Source of the DNA: Cypionkella sp.
GTDB taxonomy: Bacteria > Pseudomonadota > Alphaproteobacteria > Rhodobacterales > Rhodobacteraceae
NCBI RefSeq assembly: GCF_034376685.1
Contig: NZ_JAXMJJ010000012.1
Span: forward strand, 9,949-73,948
Direction of reading: 5' to 3'
Length of the DNA stretch: 64,000 bases
Positions 36,903-46,385 of this stretch are shown piece by piece. Each line of letters opens with the position of its first letter. The stretch's first letter is position 1. The notes beneath the pieces are model-generated. The model did no database searches, had not been told where the DNA came from, and worked only from the letters and a program-made list of their open reading frames with translations. Both the position numbers and the translations under genes were made by a program.

Positions 36903-37465
36903 ACGACGCGTTGTTGGGCGGGTTTTCTGAGGCTCCGGTGCAGTCATCGCATGCGTTTCGCGCCGCGTTGACGGTGCTGTCGCAGCCGGGTGAGATCCGG
37001 GAATTGAGCGGGGCCATGCCGCCCGCGCCGCTGTCGGTGGCGGCGGGCGTGTTGCTGTTGACGTTGTGCGATGGCACGACGCCGCTGCATCTGGGCGGCA
37101 CTTATGACTGCGCCCCGGTGCGCGATTGGATCACCTTTCACTGCGGCGCGCCTTTGGTTTCGGCTGAGGCTGCGGTGTTCGCCTTGGGCGATTGGGCCGC
37201 GTTGCAGCCGTTGGGGCGGTTTGCGATTGGCTTGCCGGATTACCCTGATCGGGCGGCGACACTGATCGTTGAGATGCCTGCGCTGGAGGCGAAAGGCGTG
37301 GCCCTTCGCGGCCCGGGGATTGCCGATGTGGCTTATCTATCGCTGCCGGAAGTGGCGGCATTTCAGGCCAACCGGGCGCTGTTCCCCTTGGGCTTTGATT
37401 GTTTTTTCACCTGCGGCACACACGTCGCCGCCCTGCCCCGATCAACCCATGTGGAGGGCATCTGA
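36899..37465 (+). CDS. phnH: C-P lyase subunit PhnH
   Basis: HAFRAAL..LSQPG, FHCGA, GLPDYPDRAATL, LRGPGI, LFPLGFD, ALPRST. Confidence 0.95.
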   Translation: MNDALLGGFSEAPVQSSHAFRAALTVLSQPGEIRELSGAMPPAPLSVAAGVLLLTLCDGTTPLHLGGTYDCAPVRDWITFHCGAPLVSAEAAVFALGDWAALQPLGRFAIGLPDYPDRAATLIVEMPALEAKGVALRGPGIADVAYLSLPEVAAFQANRALFPLGFDCFFTCGTHVAALPRSTHVEGI

Positions 37466-38547
37466 TGTATGTGGCGGTAAAAGGCGGTGAGCGCGCGATT
37501 GACAATGCCCATGCCTGGCTGGCCGAGGAGCGCCGCGGCGATCCGGGCGTGGCGGAATTGTCGGTGGCACAGATACGGGCGCAGTTGTCGCTGGCGGTCA
37601 ACCGGGTGATGGCGGAGGGGTCTTTGTATGATCCTGACCTTGCCGCCTTGGCGATCAAGCAATCGCGCGGCGATCTGATCGAGGCGATTTTCCTGATCCG
37701 GGCCTATCGGACCACCCTGCCCCGGCTGGGCGCATCTTGCCCGGTCGATACCGCCAAGATGGCGGTGATCCGACGGATTTCGGCGACGTTCAAGGATTTG
37801 CCCGGCGGGCAGGTTCTGGGGCCGACCTTCGATTACACCCACCGCTTGCTGGATTTCAAACTGGCAGCGGAGGGCGAGACTGCTGTTGCCGCGACCGCTC
37901 CCGCCGCAATGGAAGCCGTGCCGCATGTGATGGCGATGCTCGACCGCGATGGCATGATTGAGGTCGAGCCTGTGGGCGATGATCTGCCCGCCGATTTGAC
38001 GCGCGAGCCGATGGAATTGCCCGCCAGCCGCGCGCTGCGTTTGCAGGCAATCACGCGGGGGGATGAAGGCTTTATCCTGTCGATGGCCTATTCAACCCAG
38101 CGCGGTTACGGGCGCACGCATGCCTTTGTCGGCGAGTTGCGGATCGGGATTGTGGCGGTGGAAATGGAGATCCCGGAGTTGGGGTTCGCCGTGGAGATTG
38201 GCGAGATCGAGTTGACCGAATGTGAGACGGTGAACCAATTCAAGGGCAGCAAAACCGAACCGCCGCAATTCACCCGCGGCTATGGTTTGGTGTTCGGACA
38301 GACCGAGCGCAAAGCGATTGCGATGTCTTTGGTGGACCGCTCATTGCGGTGGGCGGAACTGGGCGAGGATTACACCGGAGCCCCAGCACAGGACGAAGAA
38401 TTCGTGCTGATGCATGCCGATAACGTGCAGGCGACCGGATTTCTCGAACATATCAAACTGCCGCATTACGTCGATTTCCAGTCTGAATTGGAATTGGTGC
38501 GCCGTCTGCGCGCGGAAGTTTTCGCCACGCAGGAGGCCGCAGAATGA
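37465..38547 (+). CDS. phnI: C-P lyase subunit PhnI
   Basis: MYVAVKGGERAI, GDLIEAIFLIRAYRTTLPR, HIKLPHYVDFQSEL. Confidence 0.97.
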   Translation: MYVAVKGGERAIDNAHAWLAEERRGDPGVAELSVAQIRAQLSLAVNRVMAEGSLYDPDLAALAIKQSRGDLIEAIFLIRAYRTTLPRLGASCPVDTAKMAVIRRISATFKDLPGGQVLGPTFDYTHRLLDFKLAAEGETAVAATAPAAMEAVPHVMAMLDRDGMIEVEPVGDDLPADLTREPMELPASRALRLQAITRGDEGFILSMAYSTQRGYGRTHAFVGELRIGIVAVEMEIPELGFAVEIGEIELTECETVNQFKGSKTEPPQFTRGYGLVFGQTERKAIAMSLVDRSLRWAELGEDYTGAPAQDEEFVLMHADNVQATGFLEHIKLPHYVDFQSELELVRRLRAEVFATQEAAE

Positions 38548-39422
38548 ATGATCAAGCCTATAACTTCGCTTATCTCGATGAGCAGACCAAGCGGATGATC
38601 CGGCGGGCCATTCTGAAAGGTGTGGCTGTGCCGGGCTATCAGGTGCCATTTGCCAGCCGCGAAATGCCGATGCCTTACGGTTGGGGAACCGGTGGCGTTC
38701 AGGTGACGGCGGCTTGCCTGACGCCAGATGATACGCTGAAGGTGATCGACCAAGGCGCGGATGATACGACCAACGCGGTGTCGATCCGCAAATTCTTCCA
38801 GCGTACGGCGGGGGTGGCGGTGACCGAAGCCACAGCAGAAGCCACGCTGATCCAGACCCGCCACCGTATCCCCGAAGCGGCGCTGAACACTGGGCAAATT
38901 CTGGTCTATCAGGTGCCGATCCCCGAACCCTTGCGTTTTCTGGAACCACGCGAGACGGAAACGCGCAAGATGCACGAGTTGGAAGAATACGGCCTGATCC
39001 ACGTCAAGCTGTATGAGGATATCGCACGGCACGGCACCATTGCCACCTCTTACGCCTATCCGGTGAAGGTTGAGGGCCGCTATGTGATGGACCCCTCGCC
39101 GATCCCGAAATTCGACAACCCGAAACTGTCGGGCAGTCCTGCGCTGCAACTGTTTGGCGCGGGGCGCGAGCAGCGGATTTATGCGCTACCGCCGTTCACC
39201 GATGTTGTCAGCCTCGATTTTGACGACCACCCGTTTGAGGCCTCAAAGGCCCCGCATGACTGCGATCTGTGCGGCGCGGGCGAGAGCTATCTCGATGAGG
39301 TGATCACCAATGATCAGGGCGGGCGGATGTTTGTCTGCTCGGACACCGATTTTTGCCGCACCCGGCGTGAAGCGGGGCATTTGGGGGCCTTGGGTGTGCC
39401 GGTTCTGAAAGGGGACGCGTGA
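38544..39422 (+). CDS. phnJ: C-P lyase radical SAM subunit PhnJ
   Basis: YNFAYLDEQTKRMIRRAILK, GWGTGG, CDLCG..SYLDE..FVCSDTDFC cluster ligands. Confidence 0.97.
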   Translation: MNDQAYNFAYLDEQTKRMIRRAILKGVAVPGYQVPFASREMPMPYGWGTGGVQVTAACLTPDDTLKVIDQGADDTTNAVSIRKFFQRTAGVAVTEATAEATLIQTRHRIPEAALNTGQILVYQVPIPEPLRFLEPRETETRKMHELEEYGLIHVKLYEDIARHGTIATSYAYPVKVEGRYVMDPSPIPKFDNPKLSGSPALQLFGAGREQRIYALPPFTDVVSLDFDDHPFEASKAPHDCDLCGAGESYLDEVITNDQGGRMFVCSDTDFCRTRREAGHLGALGVPVLKGDA

Positions 39423-40231
39423 TGGGCGCGGTGGATTTGGATATGTGGGCATCGGTGAATTTGGATCAGCCGCTGCTGTCGGTGCAGGGGTTGAGCAAAT
39501 ACTACGGCAGCCGGATCGGCTGTGCGGATGTGTCGTTTGATCTGTTTCCCGGCGAAGTGCTTGGGATCGTGGGGGAAAGCGGCTCAGGCAAGTCGACGCT
39601 TTTGTCGTGTCTGGCAGGGCATCTGGCGCCAGATACCGGCCGGGTGATCTTTGAGACCGCCACTGGCCCCCGCGATACCGTGACGATGGCCGAGGCCGAA
39701 CGCCGCAAGATGGCGCGCACCGATTGGGCCTTTGTGCATCAGAATCCGCGCGACGGTCTGCGGATGGGCGTCAGTGCGGGCGGCAATGTCGGCGAGCGGC
39801 TGATGGCTGTCGGTGCGCGGCATTACGGCGATATTCGTGCCACGGCGGTGGATTGGCTGGGCCGGGTGGAGATCGCCGCTGACCGCATCGACGACCGCCC
39901 GCGTGCGTTTTCAGGGGGCATGCAGCAACGCCTGCAAATCGCCCGCAATCTGGTGACCGGGCCACGGCTGGTGTTCATGGATGAGCCGACCGGGGGGCTT
40001 GATGTCTCGGTTCAAGCGCGGTTGCTGGACCTTTTGCGCGGCCTCGTGCGCGAAATGGGGCTGTCGGCGATCAACGTCACCCACGATCTGGCGGTGGTGC
40101 GGCTGCTGGCGGATCGTTTGATGGTGATGAAGGGCGGGCATGTGGTGGAACAGGGCCTGACCGATCAGGTGTTGGACGACCCGCAGCATTCCTATACGCA
40201 GCTGTTGGTTTCCTCAGTCCTGCAGGTATAA
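39419..40231 (+). CDS. phnK: C-P lyase ABC-type ATPase PhnK
   Basis: GESGSGKST, WAFVHQNPRDGLRM, FSGGMQQRLQIARNL, DEPTGGLDVSVQARLLDL. Confidence 0.96.
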   Translation: MMGAVDLDMWASVNLDQPLLSVQGLSKYYGSRIGCADVSFDLFPGEVLGIVGESGSGKSTLLSCLAGHLAPDTGRVIFETATGPRDTVTMAEAERRKMARTDWAFVHQNPRDGLRMGVSAGGNVGERLMAVGARHYGDIRATAVDWLGRVEIAADRIDDRPRAFSGGMQQRLQIARNLVTGPRLVFMDEPTGGLDVSVQARLLDLLRGLVREMGLSAINVTHDLAVVRLLADRLMVMKGGHVVEQGLTDQVLDDPQHSYTQLLVSSVLQV

Positions 40232-40232
40232 A

Positions 40233-41195
40233 ATGCTCTTTGCTTATCGTCCCGAAGCTGGCGGGCTTATCCAGATAACCCCGCCCGTCGATCTTTCCGC
40301 GGCCTTGTGGATAGACCTCTATCGCCCCTTGTCGAACCAAGCCGCCGATGTGACGCGGCTTGGTCAGGCCGTGCCGACGCTGGCGGATATGGAGGAGATT
40401 GAAATCTCCAACCGCCTGTATCGCGAGGGCGGAGCCGATTTCATGACCGTGGTGCTGCCCGGTCTGTCGGAAAGCAAAGCGCCGATCTCGGGCCCGGTCT
40501 GCTTTATCCTGTCGCCCGAGCGGCTGATCACCGTGCGCCACCACGCGCCGCGCCCGTTTGAGACTTATCCGGCCCGCGCCGACAAGGTGGGCCCCGGTTG
40601 TGATCGGCCAGAGCGGCTGTTTTTGGGGTTGATCGAGGAAATCATTGGCCGGATGGCCGATATTCTGGAGGGCATCGGGCGCGGGTTGGATGACGTGGCC
40701 TCGGGGATTTACTCAGGTGGCGCGAACGGCTTGCAGGCAGATGCGCTGCAAAGCGCGTTGCAGAAAGTCGGGCGCGAGGGCGATCTCTTGGGCCGCGTGC
40801 GTCTGGGGCTTTTGACGGTGGAGCGCGCGGTCAGCTTCTTCGGCCAAACCCTTTCGGACCGGGTCGAGGGCGATGTGTTGCGCCCCTTGGTCAAGGGGCT
40901 GATGCGCGACTTGCAGGCGCTGGAGGTTCATGCCGATTTCCTGGGTTCGCGTCTGGCGCTGACCTCGGATGCCACTTTGGGCATGATCAACCTGTCGCAA
41001 AACGTCACGGTGCGGATCGTGTCGGTGGTGGCGGCGTTGTTCATGCCGCCAACGCTGATCGCCAGCCTGTATGGGATGAACTTTGCCTATATGCCCGAAC
41101 TGGCGTGGCAATACGGCTATCCCTTGGCGCTGATCCTGATGCTGGCATCAGCCAGCGGAACTTATCTTTTCTTCAAGTGGAAGCGCTGGCTATGA
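40233..41195 (+). CDS. corA: CorA family Mg2+/Co2+ transporter
   Basis: PTLADMEEIE.SNRLY, FMPPTLIASLYGMNF..MPEL; two C-terminal TMs. Confidence 0.92.
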   Translation: MLFAYRPEAGGLIQITPPVDLSAALWIDLYRPLSNQAADVTRLGQAVPTLADMEEIEISNRLYREGGADFMTVVLPGLSESKAPISGPVCFILSPERLITVRHHAPRPFETYPARADKVGPGCDRPERLFLGLIEEIIGRMADILEGIGRGLDDVASGIYSGGANGLQADALQSALQKVGREGDLLGRVRLGLLTVERAVSFFGQTLSDRVEGDVLRPLVKGLMRDLQALEVHADFLGSRLALTSDATLGMINLSQNVTVRIVSVVAALFMPPTLIASLYGMNFAYMPELAWQYGYPLALILMLASASGTYLFFKWKRWL

Positions 41196-41875
41196 TCGAA
41201 ATTCGGGATTTGGCGAAAAGCTTTACTCTGCACAATCAAGGCGCTGCGGTGATCCCGGTGATGGCGGGCGCGAACCTGCATGTGCGTGCGGGGGAATGCG
41301 TCGGGCTGATTGGCGCGTCAGGTGCGGGCAAATCGACGCTGATGCGGATGGTGTGGGGCAATTATCTGGCGGCCTCGGGCGTGATCATGGTGGGCGGCCT
41401 GGATGTCGCGCAGGCGCAGCCTCGGCAGATCATCGCCCTGCGGCGGCAGGTGCTGGGCTATGTCAGCCAGTTTCTACGGGTGGTGCCGAGGGTGCCAACG
41501 CTGGATGTGGTGGCAGAGCCGCTGCTGAACCTAGGCGTGCCGGGGGATGAGGCGCGGGCGCGCGCGGCGGAATTGTTGGCGCGGTTGAACATTCCGCAGC
41601 GGTTGTGGGGCTTATCACCCACCACGTTCTCGGGCGGTGAACAGCAGCGGGTGAATATCGCGCGCGGCTTTGCGCATCCCTATCCGGCGCTGTTGCTGGA
41701 TGAGCCGACCGCCAGTCTGGACGCGGTGAACCGTGAGGTGGTGCTGGGATTGATCGAGGAAGCCAAGGCGCGTGGTGCAGCGATGTTGGGGATTTTCCAT
41801 GATGAAGCCGCGCGGGATCGGGTCTGCAATCGGGTGGTCGATGTGCGGGCGTTCACGCCGAAGGCTGCGGCATAA
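41192..41875 (+). CDS. phnL: C-P lyase ATPase PhnL
   Basis: KSFTLHNQG, GASGAGKST, YVSQFLRVVPRVP, PTTFSGGEQQRVNIARG. Confidence 0.96.
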   Translation: MIEIRDLAKSFTLHNQGAAVIPVMAGANLHVRAGECVGLIGASGAGKSTLMRMVWGNYLAASGVIMVGGLDVAQAQPRQIIALRRQVLGYVSQFLRVVPRVPTLDVVAEPLLNLGVPGDEARARAAELLARLNIPQRLWGLSPTTFSGGEQQRVNIARGFAHPYPALLLDEPTASLDAVNREVVLGLIEEAKARGAAMLGIFHDEAARDRVCNRVVDVRAFTPKAAA

Positions 41876-42405
41876 TGGGGCGGGTGTTTCTGGTCGTCGG
41901 ACCTTCGGGCGCGGGCAAAGACACCCTGTTGGCCGGGGCTGCGGCGGCGGACCCTCGGCTGCACTGGGCGCGCCGCGTGATCACGCGCGACAGCGCTGCG
42001 GGCGGCGAACCGTTTGAAGGCGTGACTGAAAGCGTTTTTCAGGCACGTTTGCAGGCGGGGGAATTTGCGCTGCATTGGCAGGCGCACGAGCTTTGGTATG
42101 GCGTGCCCGTCGCGGAGCTGAAGCAGCTGGCCGCAGGGCGGGATGTGTTGATCAATGGGTCTCGGGCGGCATTGCCTGCGGCCCTCACGGCGTTTCCAAC
42201 GCTGCGGGTGATCCAGATTTCGGCGCCGTTGGAGGTGTTGGCGGACCGTTTGGCATCGCGGGGGCGTGAAAGCCACGCCGACATTGTTACCCGGTTGCAG
42301 CGGGCGAATTATGCCCTGCCCGAAGGGGTTCCCGCGATCGAGATCAGCAATGACGCGACGCCCGAGAAGGGCATCGCCCGGCTGCTTTACGCGCTGAGGG
42401 CGTAG
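41875..42405 (+). CDS. phnN: Ribose 1,5-bisphosphate phosphokinase
   Basis: VVGPSGAGKDTL, ARRVITR, FALHWQAHELWYG, NGSR, RGRES. Confidence 0.95.
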   Translation: MGRVFLVVGPSGAGKDTLLAGAAAADPRLHWARRVITRDSAAGGEPFEGVTESVFQARLQAGEFALHWQAHELWYGVPVAELKQLAAGRDVLINGSRAALPAALTAFPTLRVIQISAPLEVLADRLASRGRESHADIVTRLQRANYALPEGVPAIEISNDATPEKGIARLLYALRA

Positions 42406-43070
42406 CGGTGCAGCAGGTGAAAATGCCCCGCTGCATCTTCGCCGCACAGGCAAATGTCTCGGATGTGGAACGGCTGAGGGATCAGGCCTGCGAAGTGCTG
42501 GGCGGCGGCGGCGGTGACTGCGACTTCATCGTCACCAAGCGGGCCGGACAGGGTCAGGTGGAACTGAAACTGTTCCATTACATAGGGATAGCCGTAGGTC
42601 GCCAGCAGATCGCGCTGGCGAGGCGTCAGACGTTCCGGGCGGCGGCGGGCGATCTCGGCGGAGGTCAGGGCGGCGCGGTAGGGATCAAGGTTGCGGACCA
42701 CTTCGGCGGCAAGGTCTTGCAGCGCGGCGGTGTCGCCCATGGGGGTCAGCGCGAGGAAGCCTTCGAGGTTGACCATCTGAAGCCCCGGCAGCTTCAGTGG
42801 CGCAAGGCTCGCCGCCAAGCGCGCTGTGGCCTGCGCCAGAGCGGCGGCGGTGACGCCATCCGCCAGACGGAACGGCGGTTTCAGGGTGCCGTGGAAGCCG
42901 TATTTGCGCGGTTCGGCTGTCACTTCCGCCAAAGGGCGCGGCAGGTCGGGCGCAGGTTGCAACGTAGGTGCGCCCTGCGCCAGATCCCAACCCAGCCAAG
43001 CGGCTGCGGCATCGGTAAAAGGCCCCGGTTCGGGCGCATAGTAGATCGCGAAGCGTTTCATCTGGTCCAT
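42387..43070 (-). CDS. DUF1045 protein, 2H phosphoesterase fold
   Basis: RFAIYYAP, YGFHGTLKPPF and FHLTLSG (two HxT motifs), YGYPYV. Confidence 0.88.
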   Translation of the reverse strand: MDQMKRFAIYYAPEPGPFTDAAAAWLGWDLAQGAPTLQPAPDLPRPLAEVTAEPRKYGFHGTLKPPFRLADGVTAAALAQATARLAASLAPLKLPGLQMVNLEGFLALTPMGDTAALQDLAAEVVRNLDPYRAALTSAEIARRRPERLTPRQRDLLATYGYPYVMEQFQFHLTLSGPLGDDEVAVTAAAAQHFAGLIPQPFHIRDICLCGEDAAGHFHLLHRYALSA

Positions 43071-43092
43071 AGCCGCCGCCCATACCCGCCCA

Positions 43093-43123
43093 TCGTCACA
43101 CCGTTGTGACAGTTTTCTGCCAT
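43093..43123. promoter_or_regulatory. Putative Pho box in the DUF1045/phnM divergent promoter
   Basis: Minus strand CTGTCAC-aacg-GTGTGAC; plus strand TCGTCAC-accg-TTGTGAC; 11-bp period. Confidence 0.55.
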
Positions 43124-43152
43124 CTGTTTTACATAAGCACAATGAAGGCCTG

Positions 43153-44298
43153 ATGATGACTGAGACGATCCTTGCCAATGCCACGCTTGTTCTGCCGAAT
43201 GAAGTGATCCAAGGTTGCCTGCGTATTGAGAACGGAGCGATTACTGCAATAGATCAAGGGATTACTGTGCCCACTGGTGCGCTTGACTGCAACGGCGATC
43301 TGCTGATGCCCGGCCTGATCGAACTGCACACCGACAACCTTGAACGCCATATCGAGCCGCGTCCGAAAGTGAACTGGCCGCATGCCAGCGCGATCATCGC
43401 GCATGATGCAGAGCTTGCCAGCGTCGGCATCACCACGGTATTCGATGCGCTGCGGGTGGGGTCGATCACCTCCAGCAAGAAGATGAACTATGGCGAATAT
43501 GCCCGGCATTTGGCCGATGAAATTCTGGATTTGCGCAGCAAAGGTGCTTTGAAGATCAGTCATTTCCTGCATCTGCGGGCAGAGGTTTGCTCGGAAACCC
43601 TGATCTCGGAACTGGCAAAGTTCGGCCCTGCGGACCGCATCGGCATCGTCTCGCTGATGGATCACACGCCCGGTCAGCGGCAGTTTCGTGACATAACCCA
43701 GTTGCGCGCCTATGTCTGCGGCAAGCACGGGCTGTCTGAAGCCGAATTTGAGAGCCATATCGCGGAACAGGTGGCGATCTCCACCCGGCTGGGCGAGGCG
43801 CATGAGGCCGCCGCCGTGGCCGAGGCCCGGCGCTTTGGCGCGGTGCTGGCCAGCCATGACGACACCACCGCCGAACAGGTGGCCACTTCGGCCCAGCACG
43901 GTGCGCATTTTGCCGAGTTTCCAACCACGGTTGAGGCGGCGCAGGCCTGCCATGTGCAGGGCATCAAGGTGATGATGGGCGCGCCGAACCTGATCCGGGG
44001 CGGCTCACACTCCGGCAATGTCGCGGCAAGCAAGCTGGCTGAGGCGGATTTGCTGGACATTGTGTCGTCCGATTATGTGCCCTCGGCGCTGCTGTCAGCG
44101 GCGTTGCTGCTGGGCGATCTGTGGGGCGATGTGGCGCGCGGGGTGCGTTGTGTCACCCAAGCACCAGCGCAAGCGGCGGGGCTGGCGGATCGCGGCAGCC
44201 TGCGCCTTGGTGCGCGTGGCGATGTGATCCGGGTGGCGCGAGTCGCTGGCGCTGCGGCTCTGCGCGGCACTTGGGTGCAGGGGCAGCGGGTCGGGTAA
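43153..44298 (+). CDS. phnM: RPnTP diphosphatase PhnM (canonical)
   Basis: PGLIELHTDNLERH, HLRAE, SLMDHTPGQRQF, ASHDD, AEFPTT, GAPNLIRGGSHSGN, SSDYVP. Confidence 0.96.
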   Translation: MMTETILANATLVLPNEVIQGCLRIENGAITAIDQGITVPTGALDCNGDLLMPGLIELHTDNLERHIEPRPKVNWPHASAIIAHDAELASVGITTVFDALRVGSITSSKKMNYGEYARHLADEILDLRSKGALKISHFLHLRAEVCSETLISELAKFGPADRIGIVSLMDHTPGQRQFRDITQLRAYVCGKHGLSEAEFESHIAEQVAISTRLGEAHEAAAVAEARRFGAVLASHDDTTAEQVATSAQHGAHFAEFPTTVEAAQACHVQGIKVMMGAPNLIRGGSHSGNVAASKLAEADLLDIVSSDYVPSALLSAALLLGDLWGDVARGVRCVTQAPAQAAGLADRGSLRLGARGDVIRVARVAGAAALRGTWVQGQRVG

Positions 44299-44356
44299 AG
44301 ACCGCAGCCCGATCTGAATCGCCGCGCTTTAGAACGGGGCGATCCGTGAAAGACGC

Positions 44357-44383
44357 GTGCAGGGGCTAATCCCGGCCCTGCAC
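44357..44383. terminator. Hairpin between convergent genes
   Basis: GTGCAGGG..CCCTGCAC stem. Confidence 0.5.
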
Positions 44384-44400
44384 AGTCCCAAACAACGAAC

Positions 44401-45360
44401 CTAGCCCAGCACGACGACCTTGCTCAGATGGCGCGGGGCTTCCGAGTTGATGCCTTTGGACACTGCCACCATCTCTCCCAGCATCTGCAAGGCGGGCAGG
44501 CAGGCGAGCGCGCTCTCCGCGTCCGACAGGCCCAGATCAATCCGCACATCGCCCGGCCCGTTAAAGCCGATCACCGCCGCCGCTTTGGCTTGCAGCTCGG
44601 CCACCAAAGCGGCCTCTTCGGTGGCGGTTGCTGCCGAATACAGCATCACCACCAAGGATTTATCGTCCATCAAGGACACCGGGCCGTGGCGATATTCCAT
44701 CGGGTGAAAGGCCTGACTGTAGGAAAGGCTCATCTCTTGCAGCTTCAGACAGCCCTCGGTCGCCAAACCATAGTTCGGCCCGGCACCGAGATAGACGAAA
44801 TGGCTGCGCCCATTCAGCAGGCCCACGATCCCCGTCTCAAGGCTGGCCATAGCCGCTGCGGCGACAGCGGGGATCGTCTGGTTCAGCGACACCCCCGCCA
44901 TCCGCAGCCCTGCAAGCAGCATCAGGCTGGCCGAGACCGACATCACGATGCCCTCGGACGGATCGGTCGGCAGATACAGCGCCGTATCCGCCGCATGCAA
45001 CAGGGTGGACTCCGGCTCACACGATACCGCCAAGGTCCGCCACCCCCGCGCCCGGCTTTCACGGATCGCCTGCACGGTCTCGGATGTGGTGCCAGAGCGC
45101 GAAAGCCCGATCACCAGCACCCCCTCGGTCTGCGCCAGATAGCATTCCGGCCTGCGCGCCCATTCCGCCCCCGGCACCGCAATCGCCGCCTGACCATTTG
45201 CGTTGAAGGCGCAAGCGATCACCTGCGCTAGATAGTAAGACGTGCCGCATCCGGTCAGCACCACCGTGCTGGCCTGCACAAGCGGCAGCTCATGCAGCAG
45301 CGCTGCATCCCAATAGGGAAACTGGCGGCGGATGACGGTTTCAGTAAGGGTCGCAGGCAT
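44401..45360 (-). CDS. Double-SIS sugar-phosphate isomerase/deaminase (AgaS/GlmD/FrlB-like)
   Basis: GCGTSYY, SRSGTTSET, CLKLQEM, EYRHGP, PRHLSKVV. Confidence 0.85.
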   Translation of the reverse strand: MPATLTETVIRRQFPYWDAALLHELPLVQASTVVLTGCGTSYYLAQVIACAFNANGQAAIAVPGAEWARRPECYLAQTEGVLVIGLSRSGTTSETVQAIRESRARGWRTLAVSCEPESTLLHAADTALYLPTDPSEGIVMSVSASLMLLAGLRMAGVSLNQTIPAVAAAAMASLETGIVGLLNGRSHFVYLGAGPNYGLATEGCLKLQEMSLSYSQAFHPMEYRHGPVSLMDDKSLVVMLYSAATATEEAALVAELQAKAAAVIGFNGPGDVRIDLGLSDAESALACLPALQMLGEMVAVSKGINSEAPRHLSKVVVLG

Positions 45361-45449
45361 AAGGCTTTTCGCTTTCATTTCAGATCTATAAGGCCCGTAC
45401 TGCCGTCCGAGCATCTGTAGCAGGGGGTATTCTTGTCATCGCGCGCCGC

Positions 45450-46385
45450 TCAGAGCCGTTTGTGCTGATCCGCGCCGTTGTCCAGTTCTGTCTGAAGACC
45501 CGCTATAAACTCCGGCCCGGTGGCCCATCCCGCCGCCTGCGCCGCAGCCAGTGCCGCACCGCCGACAGGTGGCAGCAGCGGGGCTGTGGGCGGGCACCCC
45601 ATCGCGGCAGTCAGGCCCGCAATCACGCAGGCATCCTGCATTACACCGCCTGCAAAGCTCCAGCGCGGCGGCGCCGCTAACCCCGCCAAACGCCCCGCCG
45701 TCAGCCCCGCCTGCGCCAGATGCGTGGCGGCTTCGGCCAGCATTGCCGCAGCCTCTGGCGAGCCTGATTGCGCCAAACGTGACACCCATGCCGCCACCGA
45801 GGCCAGCCCCGCGCGCGGGTTTTGCGCAAAGGTCCAGCCCAGCAAATCCTCGGCGGCAATGCCCATCTCGCGCAGCAAACCATGCGCGAAACCCGAGGGC
45901 GGTTTGCGGCCATCCAGATGCTGGCTGACCAGCGCCAAAGCCGTGCGTCCGATCCAATGTGCCGAGCCTTCGTCGCCAAACAGATGCCCCCAGCCGCCAA
46001 CGCGGTGCGTGCCCCCCGGCCCGCGCGCCCAAGCCATCGAGCCGGTGCCTGCCAGCACCAAAACCCCCTCGGCCCCTGCCAAAGCGCCGTTGAACGCCAC
46101 CGCAACATCGTTCAACACCACGGCCTGCGCGCCGAACAGCTCTGCCACCACAGCGTCTTGCCCTGCACTGACGTCAGCAATCTCGCCATAGCACGGCAGG
46201 CCCAGAACCGCTGCCGACACCGGCCCCAGTTCTGCGGCCAATGCGGCCAGCCGCACCTGCCAGCCCAGATCATGCGGGTCCAACCCGTCAGAGCGCAGCC
46301 ACACCACCACCCCGCCCCTGCGGTTGATCACCACCGCCTCGGTCTTGCTGCCACCACCATCCAGCCCCAGCACAAGCTCCATCAC
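45450..46385 (-). CDS. BadF/N-acetylglucosamine-kinase family sugar kinase
   Basis: GLDGGGSKT, VLNDV..AF.GAL, LAGTGS, GGWGHLFGDEGS. Confidence 0.88.
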   Translation of the reverse strand: MMELVLGLDGGGSKTEAVVINRRGGVVVWLRSDGLDPHDLGWQVRLAALAAELGPVSAAVLGLPCYGEIADVSAGQDAVVAELFGAQAVVLNDVAVAFNGALAGAEGVLVLAGTGSMAWARGPGGTHRVGGWGHLFGDEGSAHWIGRTALALVSQHLDGRKPPSGFAHGLLREMGIAAEDLLGWTFAQNPRAGLASVAAWVSRLAQSGSPEAAAMLAEAATHLAQAGLTAGRLAGLAAPPRWSFAGGVMQDACVIAGLTAAMGCPPTAPLLPPVGGAALAAAQAAGWATGPEFIAGLQTELDNGADQHKRL

